Source of the DNA: Chiloscyllium plagiosum
Lineage: Eukaryota
Direction of reading: 5' to 3'
Assembly: GCF_004010195.1 (NCBI RefSeq)
Contig: NC_057750.1
Span: forward strand, 8,285,498 to 8,332,346
Length of the DNA: 46,849 nt
Part shown: positions 23,821 through 35,889 of the stretch, piece by piece
Layout of the letters: each line of letters begins with the position of its first letter
Position numbering within the stretch: position 1 is the stretch's first letter
Notes under the pieces: generated by a model
What the model saw: the letters and a program-made list of their open reading frames with translations, nothing else
What the model was told of the DNA's origin: nothing
Database searches by the model: none
Translations under genes and position numbers: made by a program

Positions 23821-24739
23821 TTCCTTTGTTGCAGGAAACACAGTGTTATTGCAAAAGGGTTTTGTTGTCTATCTGTGTCAAGTTTTCACTGTTTACTTGG
23901 GCAAGGCATTAAATTCCAGAAATAGATAATATTTGGTTAAGAATAATAAAAGTTACAAAGGCCAATTTTTTAAATTTAAAGTAACAACTTTGACAAATAA
24001 CAGATCCCTGTTTAAAAAAACATAACTCAATTGGTCAGTTGTAAATCAATGTGACGAAAATCTTAACTTTGCCCAAAGTGCACATGGAAAGAGTTGATAA
24101 CAATCCTAATAGAGACTGTTGCTGGAGCATGAGATTAAATCTGAGGTATGAAAGAGAATAGGGAGGTCAATACTTAGCATTAAATTTAACAGCACAGAAA
24201 CAGGACCATTCAGGCTCAAGATGTCCATGCTAACTTGCATATACAATACACAGTGGAATGTCCCAGGGATTTCACATAGTTGCCAAATAAAATTTGACAG
24301 TTTTGCCACAAAAGGAGATGTTAGAATAGGTAGGTGTGTGACCCACAGGATGTGAGAGAGAGAGAGGTTTAGCTGGGCAATTCCAGAGTGTATGGTACAA
24401 GCAGCTGAAGGCATGGGCCTGGTTACCAATGGTGGGGAGGTTACAACAGTGGGTGCAGAAGAGGCCAGAATTGGAGGAATGTACTGGAGGGTTGTACATT
24501 GATGCGGTTTATGCTCCAAATGTTCTCAATGTCAAACCATATCCTACTAGAATTGGCAATCATTGATGCTGGCATTGAGGAGTTTTAATGGAAAATACTA
24601 AATGACACCATGAGGATCTTGGAGGACTGGCAAAACATGAGGACCACAACACAATTTTATGCCATAGATGCATTTGGTTATCACCAAATTTATATTGTGA
24701 CCCTGATCTCAATGGACTGGTCTTTCCAATGATTCAAGA

Positions 24740-24995
24740 ACTGGGTTGGGGGAGTCCAGAACTAGAGGGCATAGGTGTATGGTGAGTGGGGCAAGATCTA
24801 AAAAGGACCTAAGTGACAACTGTTTCACACAGAGAGTGGTGTGTGTATGGAATGAGCTGCCAGAGAAAGTGGTGGAGGCTGGTACAATTACAACATTTAA
24901 AAGGCATCTGGATGGGTATATGAACAGGAGGGGTTTAGAGGGATATGGGCCAAGTGCTGGCAAATGGGACTATATTAATTTAGGCTATCTGGTCT
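24740..24995 (+). mobile_element. CR1 LINE 3' fragment
   Basis: Encodes ESRTRGH...FTQRVVCVWNELP...FKRHLDGYMN. Confidence 0.9.
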
Positions 24996-25404
24996 ACCCA
25001 ACCAGAGAAAAGCTGAGCTGGGAGAATTGGCCATTCCCCTTTCAATGTACAAATGTTTGTTTTTAAACTTGAAAGCCTTCTGTCTGAGGCAGTATCTGTT
25101 AGTTATTATCAAATTGGCCCTAAAGCCCTTTAACACCAGACATTTCGGAGTCTGTGTTGTTTACGACCTCTCTGAAAAAAGAAGCCATGGCAAGCATTAC
25201 CTTGTTAAAGGAGCCACTTCATCACATGACAATGAATGGTAATTGTCAGGTCACCATTAGAGAGATGAGCTTTCAGTTCCCCAGATATTTTAAAATTGAA
25301 TTTAAACTATACAAGTTACTCTACTGGGATTTGAACCCACATTCTCAGAGCAGTAGCCTGGGCTTCTAGGTTACTAGTCTTGCAACAATACCACTATAAA
25401 ACCA

Positions 25405-25670
25405 TGTGATTGTAAGGAATAGGAACAGGAGTAGGCCATTCAGCCCCTCGAGCCTGTTCTGCTATTCATTAAGATCATGGCCGATCTGACATTCCTCAAT
25501 TCCACTTTCCTGTCCTTTCCCTGTAACCCTTGATTCCCCGACTGATTGAGAATCTATCTATTTCAGGCTTAACTCTCCACAAGGTCTCTGCCCCATGGCT
25601 GTCTTTGGCAAGGGGTTCCAAAGACTCTCAATCCTCTGAGCGGAGAAATTCCTTCTCATCTCAGTCTTGC
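25405..25670 (-). mobile_element. Older CR1 3' end
   Basis: aggaataggaacaggagtaggccattcagcccctcgagcc tail signature. Confidence 0.7.
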
Positions 25671-25756
25671 TATCTCCCCACATTGCTGTGGGTTTGAAGT
25701 CACTGTAAAGATGGCAGATTTCCTTCCCACAAGGCAATAGATGGGTGTTTTCAATG

Positions 25757-25806
25757 CCGAAGGGCCTGTTTCCACACTGTAATCTAATCTAATCTAATCT
25801 AATCTA
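25757..25806 (+). mobile_element. Extremely 5'-truncated HE1/CR1 tail with (AATCT)5
   Basis: ccgaagggcctgtttccacactgt(aatct)n between identical 75-bp direct repeats. Confidence 0.8.
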
Positions 25807-26989
25807 ATTGCTGTGGGTTTGAAGTCACTGTAAAGATGGCAGATTTCCTTCCCACAAGGCAATAGATGGGTGTTTTCAATGGCTGATTTACCACTACTAT
25901 GAAGGAGACTTTGAATCCAGGTTTTATGAATAAAAAGATAAACCTTCCTCAGTGCCATGGGGAGACCTCCAAAGGTCTGGGTGGCTAGGTTACCAGTTGA
26001 ATGATATATCCGGCATGTTGGTGTCCCTGTCATCTGTAGGGGTTACTGGCAGAGCTGGTCTTTATCTATGAGATAAGCCAAGAGTTGGGGCAGCCTCCTT
26101 CCTTCATGTGGCTTAGTTCATTCTATTACGTTGACGGGCAACAAGAAAAGAGAAATGTCATAAAATTCATAGTGGAAAAAATCTCGAAGGAGCAGAAACA
26201 GTAGCAATAATCCTTTTCTCTCAGTTGGAAGAGACCATCAATTCTTGCTGTCACAGTGCATATGAAGTATTTATGATATTTTATAAAGTCTTCATGGCAT
26301 GCCATGAAATATTGATTACGACAAACTAGTGCTACACAAAAACTGCCTGCCGTTAATTCATTGTAATCCAGTGCTTACATTTTAATTTGTTTCCTGCCGT
26401 GGTTGTTCCTGACACTGGTCGTTACAATTAGATCTAGATTCTGTGTGAGTTCGGGAAATTAGGTGGGCTCCTTGTGAAACAACTTCAAGTGGCGCCCGTA
26501 ACCTAATCTCCATCAATTTGTTCAGATTCTGAGCGTGTTTTAATATCATATAACCACTGTGAATCCAGCAGTTTAACAATGAAAGGAGTCCCATTGGCTT
26601 GAAACTTAATTTTTAAAATTTAAATTGCTCGCAATTTATTTTCTGATCAAAGTAATAAGTGCTGCTCCTCTCTTAATATTGCTTTTGAAAAAAATGGACA
26701 TAATGAACAGGCCATTCAGCCCCTCAGGTCTATATCACTGTTCAATAGGGTCATGACTGTTCTTCTACCTCAAATACATGTTCCTAGATTATCCCCATAT
26801 TCCTAAATTCCCTGAGATCCAAACATATGTTGATCTTGGTCCTGAATACATTCAATGAGTGAGCAGTCACAGCCCTCTGGGTAGTGAATTCTAAAAATGT
26901 ACATCTCTTTGAGTAAAGAAATGTCTCTTCAAGATAGTCCAAAATAGCCAGGCCTTTATTTAAGATTGTGAGCCCTAGTTCTAGACCCT

Positions 26990-27995
26990 TTCATTTTTAA
27001 TTCGTTCATTGGATGCAGGCATCGCTGCCATGGACAACATTTATGCCCATCCCCAATTGTCCTTGCTGCCTTCTTGAACCACTGTAGTCCTTGGGGTATC
27101 AATACACCCACACTGTTGTTAGGAAGCAGATACCAAGACTTTGTCCCGATGACACTGAAGGAACAGTGATATATTTCCAAGTTAGGATGGTGAATGGTTC
27201 GGAGGGGAACTTTCGGGGGGCGAGTGTTCCCATGCATCTGCTGCCCTTGTCCTTCTAGATGGAAGTGGATTTGGAGGATGCTGCTGAAGGAGTCTTGGAG
27301 AATTGTTGCAGTGGATCAGTGTAGGGACTGAATGTTGAAGGTGGTAGATGGGTTGCCGATCAAGTAGCTTCCTTTGTCCTGGCTGGTGTTGAGCTCTTTG
27401 TTGGAGTTGTACTCATCCAGGCAAGTGTGGAGTATTCCACCACTTTGCACTGGGGAGTCAGGAGGAGAGTTACTTCCTGCAGAGTTCCTTTCTCCCTAGG
27501 GAAATGCCCTCCAAGTATCTTTTCTATCAAGTCCCTTAAGAATGTTATATATTTTCATAAGTTCACCTCTCTGTCTTCTAAATTTCAAGCAATAAAGGCC
27601 ACTTTTACTCAATCTCTTCACTAGGGACAACCACCTCTTGGTCAGGAGTCAACCTACTGAACCTTTGCCAGTCTCCCTCTTAGGCCCATCCTTCAGTATG
27701 GAAATCACAACTCTCCGCAATACTCCCAAGTGATGTCTTACCAAGGTGCCACACAATTGCAGCAAGACTTCTTAACAGTACAATTCCAACCCCATTGTAC
27801 AAGGCTAATATGCCATTTGATTTCTTAATTGTGAGTTATCGTTGTGTAGTAATTTTCTGTGACTCACAGACTAATCAGATCAGCTCCTGTTATGAAAGAA
27901 CCTGGGTAAAGGGCTACGGTATTAGTAGACCATGGGGCTGCTCTGTCATTACAGAGAGATGACTGGTAGTGTATGAATCTGAGGGTCACCACTCC
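26990..27995 (-). mobile_element. Chimeric block: LINE 3' fragment + CR1 fragment + SINE part
   Basis: LINE tail ccatccccaattgtcc; antisense CR1 RT sequence; the same junctions recur at 31500-32443. Confidence 0.65.
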
Positions 27996-28476
27996 TCAGA
28001 TAAGGGAGAAGGTTGAGAAGCAGATTCCTTCACGATGACCTCAGCAAGGTGTGGGAATTGAACCCATGCTGTCAGTATCATTGTATCCTGTGAATGTAGA
28101 TAATTATTTTTTATGAATAAAGTGTATTTTTACAATAGAAAGGTGCCACAAGCCAGTCATCTAGCCAACTCAAAACAAGTAGAAGTTAAACTTGTATAGA
28201 CAAGATGGGCCAAATGGCCCCCTTCTACTCTGTAACCACTCTGTGATTTCATGAGCTCAGAATGCCCCTAGAGCGCATTACAGCTCTCAACTGAAGTGTA
28301 GTTACTATTGTAGTGTATCGAATGCAGTGGTCAGTTGGAACACAGCAGGAACCCACAGAAGCTATGGCGATAACGAGTTGGTTTGGTATGACTTATCACA
28401 GAGACAAAGCTTCCCGCCCTGAAGCACCATGAATACAGGTCATTCTAGACTGCAGTCATCAAGACTTCTATTTTTG

Positions 28477-28836
28477 GCAACATGGTGTCTCAGTGGTTAG
28501 CACTGCTGCCTCACTGTACCAGGCACCTAGGTTTCATTCCAGCCTTGGGTGACTGCCTGAATGGAGTTTGCACATTCTCCCTGTGTCTGTGTAGGTTTCC
28601 TTCAGGTGCTTCAGTTTCCTCCAACAGTCCAAAGATGTGCAGGTTAGGCTGGATTGGCCATGCTAAATTGCCCATCGTGTGCAGGATGTGTAGGTTAGAT
28701 AGGAAATGGGAAATGCAGGGTTACAGGGATGGAGTAGAGGATGGCTGGGTCTGGGTGGGATATTCTTTGGAGGGTCAGTGGGAATCGATGGGCTGAACGG
28801 CCTACTTCTACACTGCATGTATTCTATGATTCTATG
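28477..28836 (+). mobile_element. HE1/V-SINE-type SINE, full length
   Basis: ggcaacatggtgtctcagtggttag head, V-domain, tail attctatgattctatg. Confidence 0.9.
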
Positions 28837-29249
28837 GAGGTTTGTCACATGAAAACCTCTGCTATTCACCATACCCTACTCCCCCTGACATCCTCCAATC
28901 AAACAACTGTTTCCAGTATTTCTGCTGTTTCTACAACCAATAACAAAGTGTATTAGAGGAAAATATGGTGAAATATCCTTTCTGAAGGTGGGATGCCCAA
29001 CAGATTCTTAACTCACAAGGGAGTCAAAGGTTTTTAGGGAATGTGGAGTTGAGGCCAGGATCAGATGCAGCCACAATCATGTTGAATAGTGGAGCAAGCT
29101 GGAGGGACCAAATGGTTTATTTTGTGTGTTCTTTAATGCCTTCAATGGCTTGGTTCCTAAGTTGAACTGAAGAATGATCCAGGAGATATGACCTCCACTC
29201 CCGGACGCACCAGGCCAGTCCTAGGAGGGATTGGTCACTCCTCCTACCC

Positions 29250-29740
29250 ATTCCCCCACCAAAAATAATTTCATCGAATTTGTAAAAGTACATGATGGAG
29301 CTGTTCAAATTTGACATTATATAAAATGCAATGCAGTTCCTTTCAATATAGTACATGACATGCTTCACTACACTTGCCGTAACAGGTTATATTTACAATA
29401 TACAATTATATTTCATGTCAAACACTGTCTGATGTCTGCAGCCCGAGTGGTTTTACATTGTTTTTGGCCCCTGGTGTACTGTTGTGGGAAAGGCCTGAGA
29501 CAGTGGCCTTTTCCCCAGTGAGCGCTTGCAACAGCTGCCCTAAGCTTTAGAACATTGCTCAGCACAGAGTCCTCGAGCTTGATATGTACCCGTCTGGAAC
29601 AATCGGTCATTAATGGCTGTTTGCACTGGAACAGCTGTAGCTTCTGGCTGGAACCCTAAGTATGTCTTTCATGGAGTTGGTGGTCCTGCAGCAGCACTGA
29701 ATGTCTGTGTCCCCGTGCATCCCTTGAAACAATTCGTGTT
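29250..29740 (-). mobile_element. Tx1-like (L1-Tx1) LINE 3' remnant
   Basis: ORF 29413-29610 reads TDCSRRVHIKLEDSVLSNVLKLRAAVASAHWGK, resembling the C-terminus of vertebrate Tx1 ORF2; an upstream LFQGMHGDTDI...RTTNSMKD segment supports this. Confidence 0.55.
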
Positions 29741-29908
29741 ACAGGATGAAGTCAACTCTATGCCAATCTCGTTGACCCTTACTGAGTAATGGGATTTTAT
29801 CATTCACCAATTCTCTGGTCCTTCCTGATGAGGCTGCCAATTTTGTACAGTGGGCCTCTTGTCACTCATTATCAAAAGTGCGTTCTCCCCAGTATCAGTC
29901 AGCAGAAT

Positions 29909-30671
29909 AGGTAAAAACAATCTTTGCAGGTGCTGGAAACCAGTAGGACAGGTCATGGGACGGTGCTGAGCTGGAAGTTTGGAGATGGGGTGAGGTGGGG
30001 GCAGGGGAAATGAGGAAACTGGTGAAGTCTACATTGATGCCCTGGGGTTGAAATGTTCTGAGACGGAAGATGAGGCGTTCTTCCTCCAGGTGTCGGGTGG
30101 TGAGGGAGCAGCAGTGAAGGAGGCCCAGGACCTCCATGTCCTCAGCATAGTGGGAGGGGGAGTTGAAATGTTGGGTCACAGGGCGGAGTGGTTGATTGGT
30201 GCAGACGTCCCGGAGATGTTCCCTAAAGTGATCTGCTAGGAGGCGTCCAGTCTCTCCAATGTAGAGGAGACCGCATTGGGAGCAACGGATACAATAAATG
30301 ATATTGGTGGATGTGCATGTAAAACGTTGATGGATGTGGAAGGCTCCTTTAGGGCCTTGGATGGAGGTGAGGGAGAGGGTGTGGGCACAGGTTTTGCAAT
30401 TCCTGCGGTGGCAGGGGAAAGTGCCAGGACGGGAGGGTGGGTTGTAGGGGGGCGTGGACCTGACCAGGTAGTCACAGAGGGAACGGTCTTTGCGGAAAGC
30501 GGAAATGGATGGGGAGGATCTCCCTACCCCCACCTCCTCTCATTTATCGCTCTACCCTCAGGCACTCTGCCTGTATTCCTTATGAAGGGCTTTTGCCCGA
30601 AACGTCAGATTTTCCTGCTCCTCGGATGCTGCCTGAACTGCTGTGCTTTTCCAGCACCACTCTACTCCAGA
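29909..30671 (-). mobile_element. 5'-truncated Penelope-like element (Neptune-like) with GIY-YIG endonuclease and inverted pLTR
   Basis: ORF 29895-30533 reads CHRRNCKTC...TCTSTNIIYCIRCSQCGLLYIGETGR...FREH...HFN...EEERLIFRLRTFQPQGIN; inverted pLTR with hammerhead-like motif at 30575-30612; TSD atcagtcagcagaat at 29894-29908 and 30672-30686. Confidence 0.92.
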
Positions 30672-30879
30672 ATCAGTCAGCAGAATGACAGAATAGTCCC
30701 AGCATAGAAGGAATTCATTCAACCCCTTCAGCCTGTGCTGGCTCTCGGCAAGAGCAATTTAGCTGGCCCCTCCCCCCTCCCCAATCTCGCAGCTTGCAAT
30801 TCTTTTCCTTTCAGGAGTTCAACAAATTTAATTTTGAAAGTCACAGCAGCACATTCCGGATCTTATCCCGATCACGGAG

Positions 30880-31162
30880 GGCACAGTGGCTCAGTGGTTA
30901 GCGCTACTGCCTCAGTGTCGGGGATCCGGGTTCGATCCCAGCCTTGGGTGACTGTCTGTGTGGAGTTTGTACATTCTCCCTGTGTCTGTGTGGGTTTCCT
31001 CCAGATGCTCTGGTTTCCTCCCACAATCCAAAGATGTGCAGGTTGGCTGGATTAGCCATGGGAAATACAGGGTTACAGGAATAAGGTCGGGTGGTGGGAT
31101 GCTCTTCAGGGAGTTGGTGTGGACTGAGTGGCCTGCTTCCACACAATAGGAATTCTATGATC
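30880..31162 (+). mobile_element. HE1/V-SINE-type SINE
   Basis: A-box tggctcagtggttag, B-box ggttcgatccc and V-domain. Confidence 0.9.
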
Positions 31163-31499
31163 TATGTGTGTCCAAAAATGTTCTTCTTCATGTGGCTTTT
31201 GATTGTTTTGCTAATCACATTAATTCTGTTCTCAATCTTCCCACTCCTCACACCCCTCTATTCTTAAGATTTTTGAGGTCAATCAAGTCTTCTCTCAACC
31301 CTCACTCCCCTCAAGAGAACAACCCTATCTTCTGCAATCTGTCTGGATAATATAAGTCCCTCCTCACTGGAACTGGTTGCAGAATCTTTTCTGCACCTTC
31401 TTCAAAGTGTTTCACATCCCTCCTGAAGTGTGGTGTCCCTGAGTTGGACACTATGCTTCCTGGGATGTGTGTGTCATTGACAAGGCCAATATTTTACAG

Positions 31500-32565
31500 T
31501 GCTACTGGGAAGGCAGTTCCTGGATTTTGACTCAGTGATAACTCAAGGAATAGTGATATATTTCCAAGTCAGGGTGGTGAATTGGTTGAAGGGGAACTTG
31601 CAGTTGGTGTGTCTGCTGCCCTTGTCTTTGTAGGAGGTAGGTCATGATTTAGAAAATGCTATTGGATAAGCCTTGGTGAGTTGCTGTAGTGCATCTTGCA
31701 AATGATACATTCTGTTACCAGTATAGTCAGTGGTGAAGGAGGTGAATGTTGAAGGTGGTGGATGGGGTGTCCAATCAAGATTGTTGCTTTGTCCTGGATA
31801 GTATAGATCTTTTTAATTGTTCTTGGAGCTGCACTCATCCAGATTAAATGGGGGAGTATTCCATCACATTCCTGACTTCCGCCTTGTAGGTGGCAGATGG
31901 GGTTTGAGAAATCAAGAGGAGAGTTACTTCCTGCAGAATTCCTTATTCCCCAAAGAAACATCCTTCTGGTATCTACTGTATCAAACCTCTTAAGAATGTT
32001 ACATGTTTCCAAGAGTTCACCTCTCAGTCTTCTAAATTTCAAGTAATAAAGGCCAAATTTACTCTTCACTAGGGACAACCACTTCATGGTCAGAAGTCAA
32101 CCTACTGAACCTTTGTCAGTCTCCCTCGTAGGCCCTTCCTTCAGTATGGAAATCACAACTCTCCGCAATACTCCCAAGTGCTGTCTTACCAAGGTGCTAC
32201 ACAATTGCAGCAAGAATTCTTAACAGTTCCATTCCAACCCCATTGTAACAGAGGCTAATATATCATTTGACTTCATAACTGTGAGTTGTATTTGTGTAGT
32301 AATTTTCTGTGAATCATGGACTAATCAGATCAGCTCCTCATTTGAAAAAAAACTAGGTAAAGGGCTCTGGTATTAGCAGGCAATAGGGCTGCTCTCTCAT
32401 TACAGAGAGACGACTGGTGATGTATTAATCTGAGGGTCACCACTGAACCTTTGTCAGTCTCCCTCTTAAGTAAGTGTGCCCTTCCATTAGTGCAGAAATC
32501 ACAATTCTCCACCGTACTCCCAAGAGCTGTCTTCCCAAGGCGCTATACCATTGCAGCAAGACCTT
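31500..32565 (-). repeat. Second (and partial third) copy of the chimeric block at 27140-27995
   Basis: Shared junction sequences gagttacttcctgcaga, ctaatcagatcagctcct and atctgagggtcaccact. Confidence 0.8.
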
Positions 32566-33619
32566 TTAGTGTTGTTGAAGCTGCACTCATTAGACAAGTG
32601 AGAAGTATTTCATCACATTCCTCATCTTGTGTCTTGATTTTCATGAGCTCCTAACTTTGTACCCAGGTCTGGCCAATAATAAAAATATTGCTCAGTTTGC
32701 CAACTGGCCCAAGACATCCCTATACAAGTTTTTCCAAAGGAAACATTACTCTCTTCTCTATCTCCTAAGTATTCGGCAATTGTTGACTATAATTCATCGT
32801 AAATGGGGAGACAATTAACAGTGTAATTTTTTTTGAGGAAAGAACACAGCATTGGTAATGCTGGTCTATTCCTGTAAACAGCCTCCTTGTGGCCAATTAG
32901 TTTGATATTCTGGTATCCTCTGTGTATTTATAATGCAGAAACTGTTTTAATTTCCTGCAAATTCTATTACTAGATTATTGTGCTCGCAACTCTAAGATAT
33001 TACTCTGCTCCCTGCAGATCATAATTTTTGCTTTTAATTTAAAACCCCTCACTGATTAATAGCCATTCACGTGTGTGAAGTGTTTTGTCAGGCTGGTATC
33101 TAACAATGCTCTGGGATTTGGAAAATGCCGAGTTTAATTACAAACTGAGGCCACATCCTCCTCTGAAAACAGAAACAGAAAAGTAAAAAGGCAACTAGAA
33201 GAGGTATCACAAGAGGCTCTAGACTCTCAGTTTAACTGATAACACTTGCCCTAGGACATACTGTTCAACATTCAAGGCTCTCTCTAGAACCAAAGCTAGT
33301 GTTACAACAAATATTTGACATCACAATTTTTTAAAAAAAAGAAATGAATACAAAGATCAGAACTGTGCTGCTAAATCTATTGTCAGCAGTTGATTGAGTT
33401 TGTTTCAACTTGTTTTAACTTTTGACCTGTCAATCAAACCTATAGGTGTGGCTAAGAATCTCACACTTTTATGTAGTAAGAGGCTGGTCGTCATAGCTAC
33501 ACCCTCAGTGCTAACCCCTGGGGGTTAAGCACAATGAGCTCTCATTACTGTGGATTTTAAAGTGGGTTCAGAAATGTATGACTCGCTCCGCGATAAAGTA
33601 CATCCTGGAATTCAGTAGA

Positions 33620-34245
33620 AAAAAATCCAGATATAATCCAGCTGCCTGGACTCACGGCATCTATTTTGAAGATTAGTGAAGTTCTTCCTCACTGTGGGCA
33701 CAAATTACTGCAGATGCTGGAATCTGAACTGAAAACAAAAAAATGCTGGAGATCACTGTGGGTCAGACAGGATCCATGGAGAGAAAGCACGCTAGTGTTT
33801 CAAATCTGGATGACTCTTCATCAGAGCTGATGTGGTGTGGAAGGGCAGTGTTTATGCAGTGGTGGGGACTGGAGTGCTGGGGGAGAAAAGACGTCTTAAT
33901 CTAAACTATCAACACCTTTCTCCCCCAGTACTTCATCTTCTCCCTACCCCCCCAACCTATTGCAGAAATGCTGCCCCCTCCATACTTCGCATAAGCTCTG
34001 ATGAAGATTTGAAATGTTAGCTTGATCTCTCTCCATGGATGCTGCCTGACCCACTGTGATCTCTAGCATTTGCTGTTTTCAGTACAAATTCACCTCACTG
34101 TCCTGGCCAATATTTATCCCTCATTCCATATCACAAAGTAATAGGGTGCCTGACCATTAACGCAATTGCTGTTTGTGAGAGTTTGCTGTCTGCAAATTGG
34201 CTGCCCTGTTTCCTACATTTTAAAACTGAGAACACTTCAAAAGTG
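33620..34245 (+). mobile_element. Deu-domain SINE split by a PLE insertion
   Basis: gtcctggccaatatttatccctca...attgctgtttgtgagagtttgctgtctgcaaattggctgcc...tttcctacatt...acacttcaaaagt. Confidence 0.65.
33696..34092. mobile_element. PLE-derived fold-back insertion with two opposed hammerhead motifs
   Basis: Minus 33791-33828 reads agctCTGATGAagagtcatccagatttGAAAcac; plus 33994-34022 reads agctCTGATGAagatttGAAAtgttagct; flanking cctcactgt at 33687-33695 and 34093-34101. Confidence 0.78.
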
Positions 34246-34554
34246 AAGGTTTTTTGAAGGCATTTGGAAAAGGAACAAGATGAGAAATTATTTTATACAG
34301 CGAGGTTTATGATCCAGAATACCATGTCTAAAAGTGTAGCAGAAGCAGATTCAACCGCACCTCTCGACCAGGCATTGGATGAATGCTTGAAGGGGGACAA
34401 TTTACAGGGCTAGGAGGAAGACATTTGCCGATGATCACCAAGAGGCAACTACTACTTCCTCAGGTACATTCCAAGGACAGGTAAAAGTTGAGGGTAGTAG
34501 AGCAAGAGCAGACAAAGAAAGATGGACATCCACAGCTTAAGAAGCAAAGCTGTT

Positions 34555-35030
34555 ATAGAGATTCCTAGAGATGTACAGCACAGAAACATACCCTTCGGTC
34601 CAACTCATCCATGCCGACCAGATATCTATAATCAATCTCATCCCATTTGCCATCATTTGGCCCATATCCCTTTAAACCCTTCCAAATCATGACCCAGCCT
34701 TTTAAATGTTGTAAATGTACCAGTTTCCACCACCTCCTCTGGCAGTTCATTCCATGCACACACCACCCTCTGTGTGAATATGTTGCCCCTTAAGTTCCTT
34801 TTAAATCCTTCCCCCTCACCTTAAATGTATGCCCTCTAGTTTTGGACTCCCCCACCCCAGCAAAAAGACCTTGTCTATTTACTCTATCCATGTCCCTCAT
34901 GATTTTATAAACCTCTAAAAGGTCACCCCGCAACCTCTGACCCTCCAAGGACAACAGTCCCAGCATATTCAGCCTCTCCCTATAGCTCAAACCCTCCAAT
35001 ATCCTTGTAAATCTTTTCTGAACTTGCAAG
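34555..35030 (-). mobile_element. CR1 LINE 3' fragment
   Basis: ORF 34790-35029 reads QRLRGDLLEVYKIMR. Confidence 0.9.
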
Positions 35031-35889
35031 ATTTGAGAACCACATTCTGATGTTGACTACCGCCAAGAGGCTGTGAAAATTGGGGAAACAATATCAGAGA
35101 GGGGGAAAAACGTTGCCATCTTGGGAGGTTGGAGAATTAGTCAGGGGAATGAGTGGAGAGCTCCTTTAAGGCACAAACGTGATAGGCTGGATGACTTCTT
35201 TCCGTGCTGATTCGTTCTGCCATTGCATGGTCTATCTTACAGATTGCATTCAGCACTCCTAAGACAAGAAATCAGGGAAGCATAAATCAGAAGTATTGAT
35301 TTTACAATGACACATGACCAGAATGTGTACCAGTTTTGAAATTGGGAAGCACCATCTCTGGTAAGAATGTGTAATTACCACGTGTCCAGTTTATGTAGAT
35401 CATTTCCATTGTCTGATTACTTGCATTTATATAGCATTATATATAGTGGAGCATAAAATTAAGATGACTAGTCAGTGCAATATCGAGAATGGGTCAGAGA
35501 TGCCATCTTTCAAAATGCCATTCTTTACCTTCTCAAAATCTTTCATAATTTTTTCACTTCCATTCCAGTGGAAACCCTTCAGATTTTCACAGCTAAATCC
35601 TCTTAGCATGATTTTATTGAGTAGCTGATACACTATTCCATAGCTCCAGAATTACTTTAACTGGGTTCTCTGGGCTGCACTCAACCGTGGCCGAACTGTT
35701 AGATCCTACAAGATCAAAATCACTTCTTTCCCTTTCTCTTCAAAGTTGCTCTATCACTTTTGGTTCAGCTGCACTCTGTTATGGACCAGACCAGACCCCC
35801 TCAATATATTTTAAGAAGGTAGCCTAGACCTTAACTTATTCTTATTTTAAAGGTAGTTGTGAAGTGCTGTGTTCCAGATGTGATGTGAT

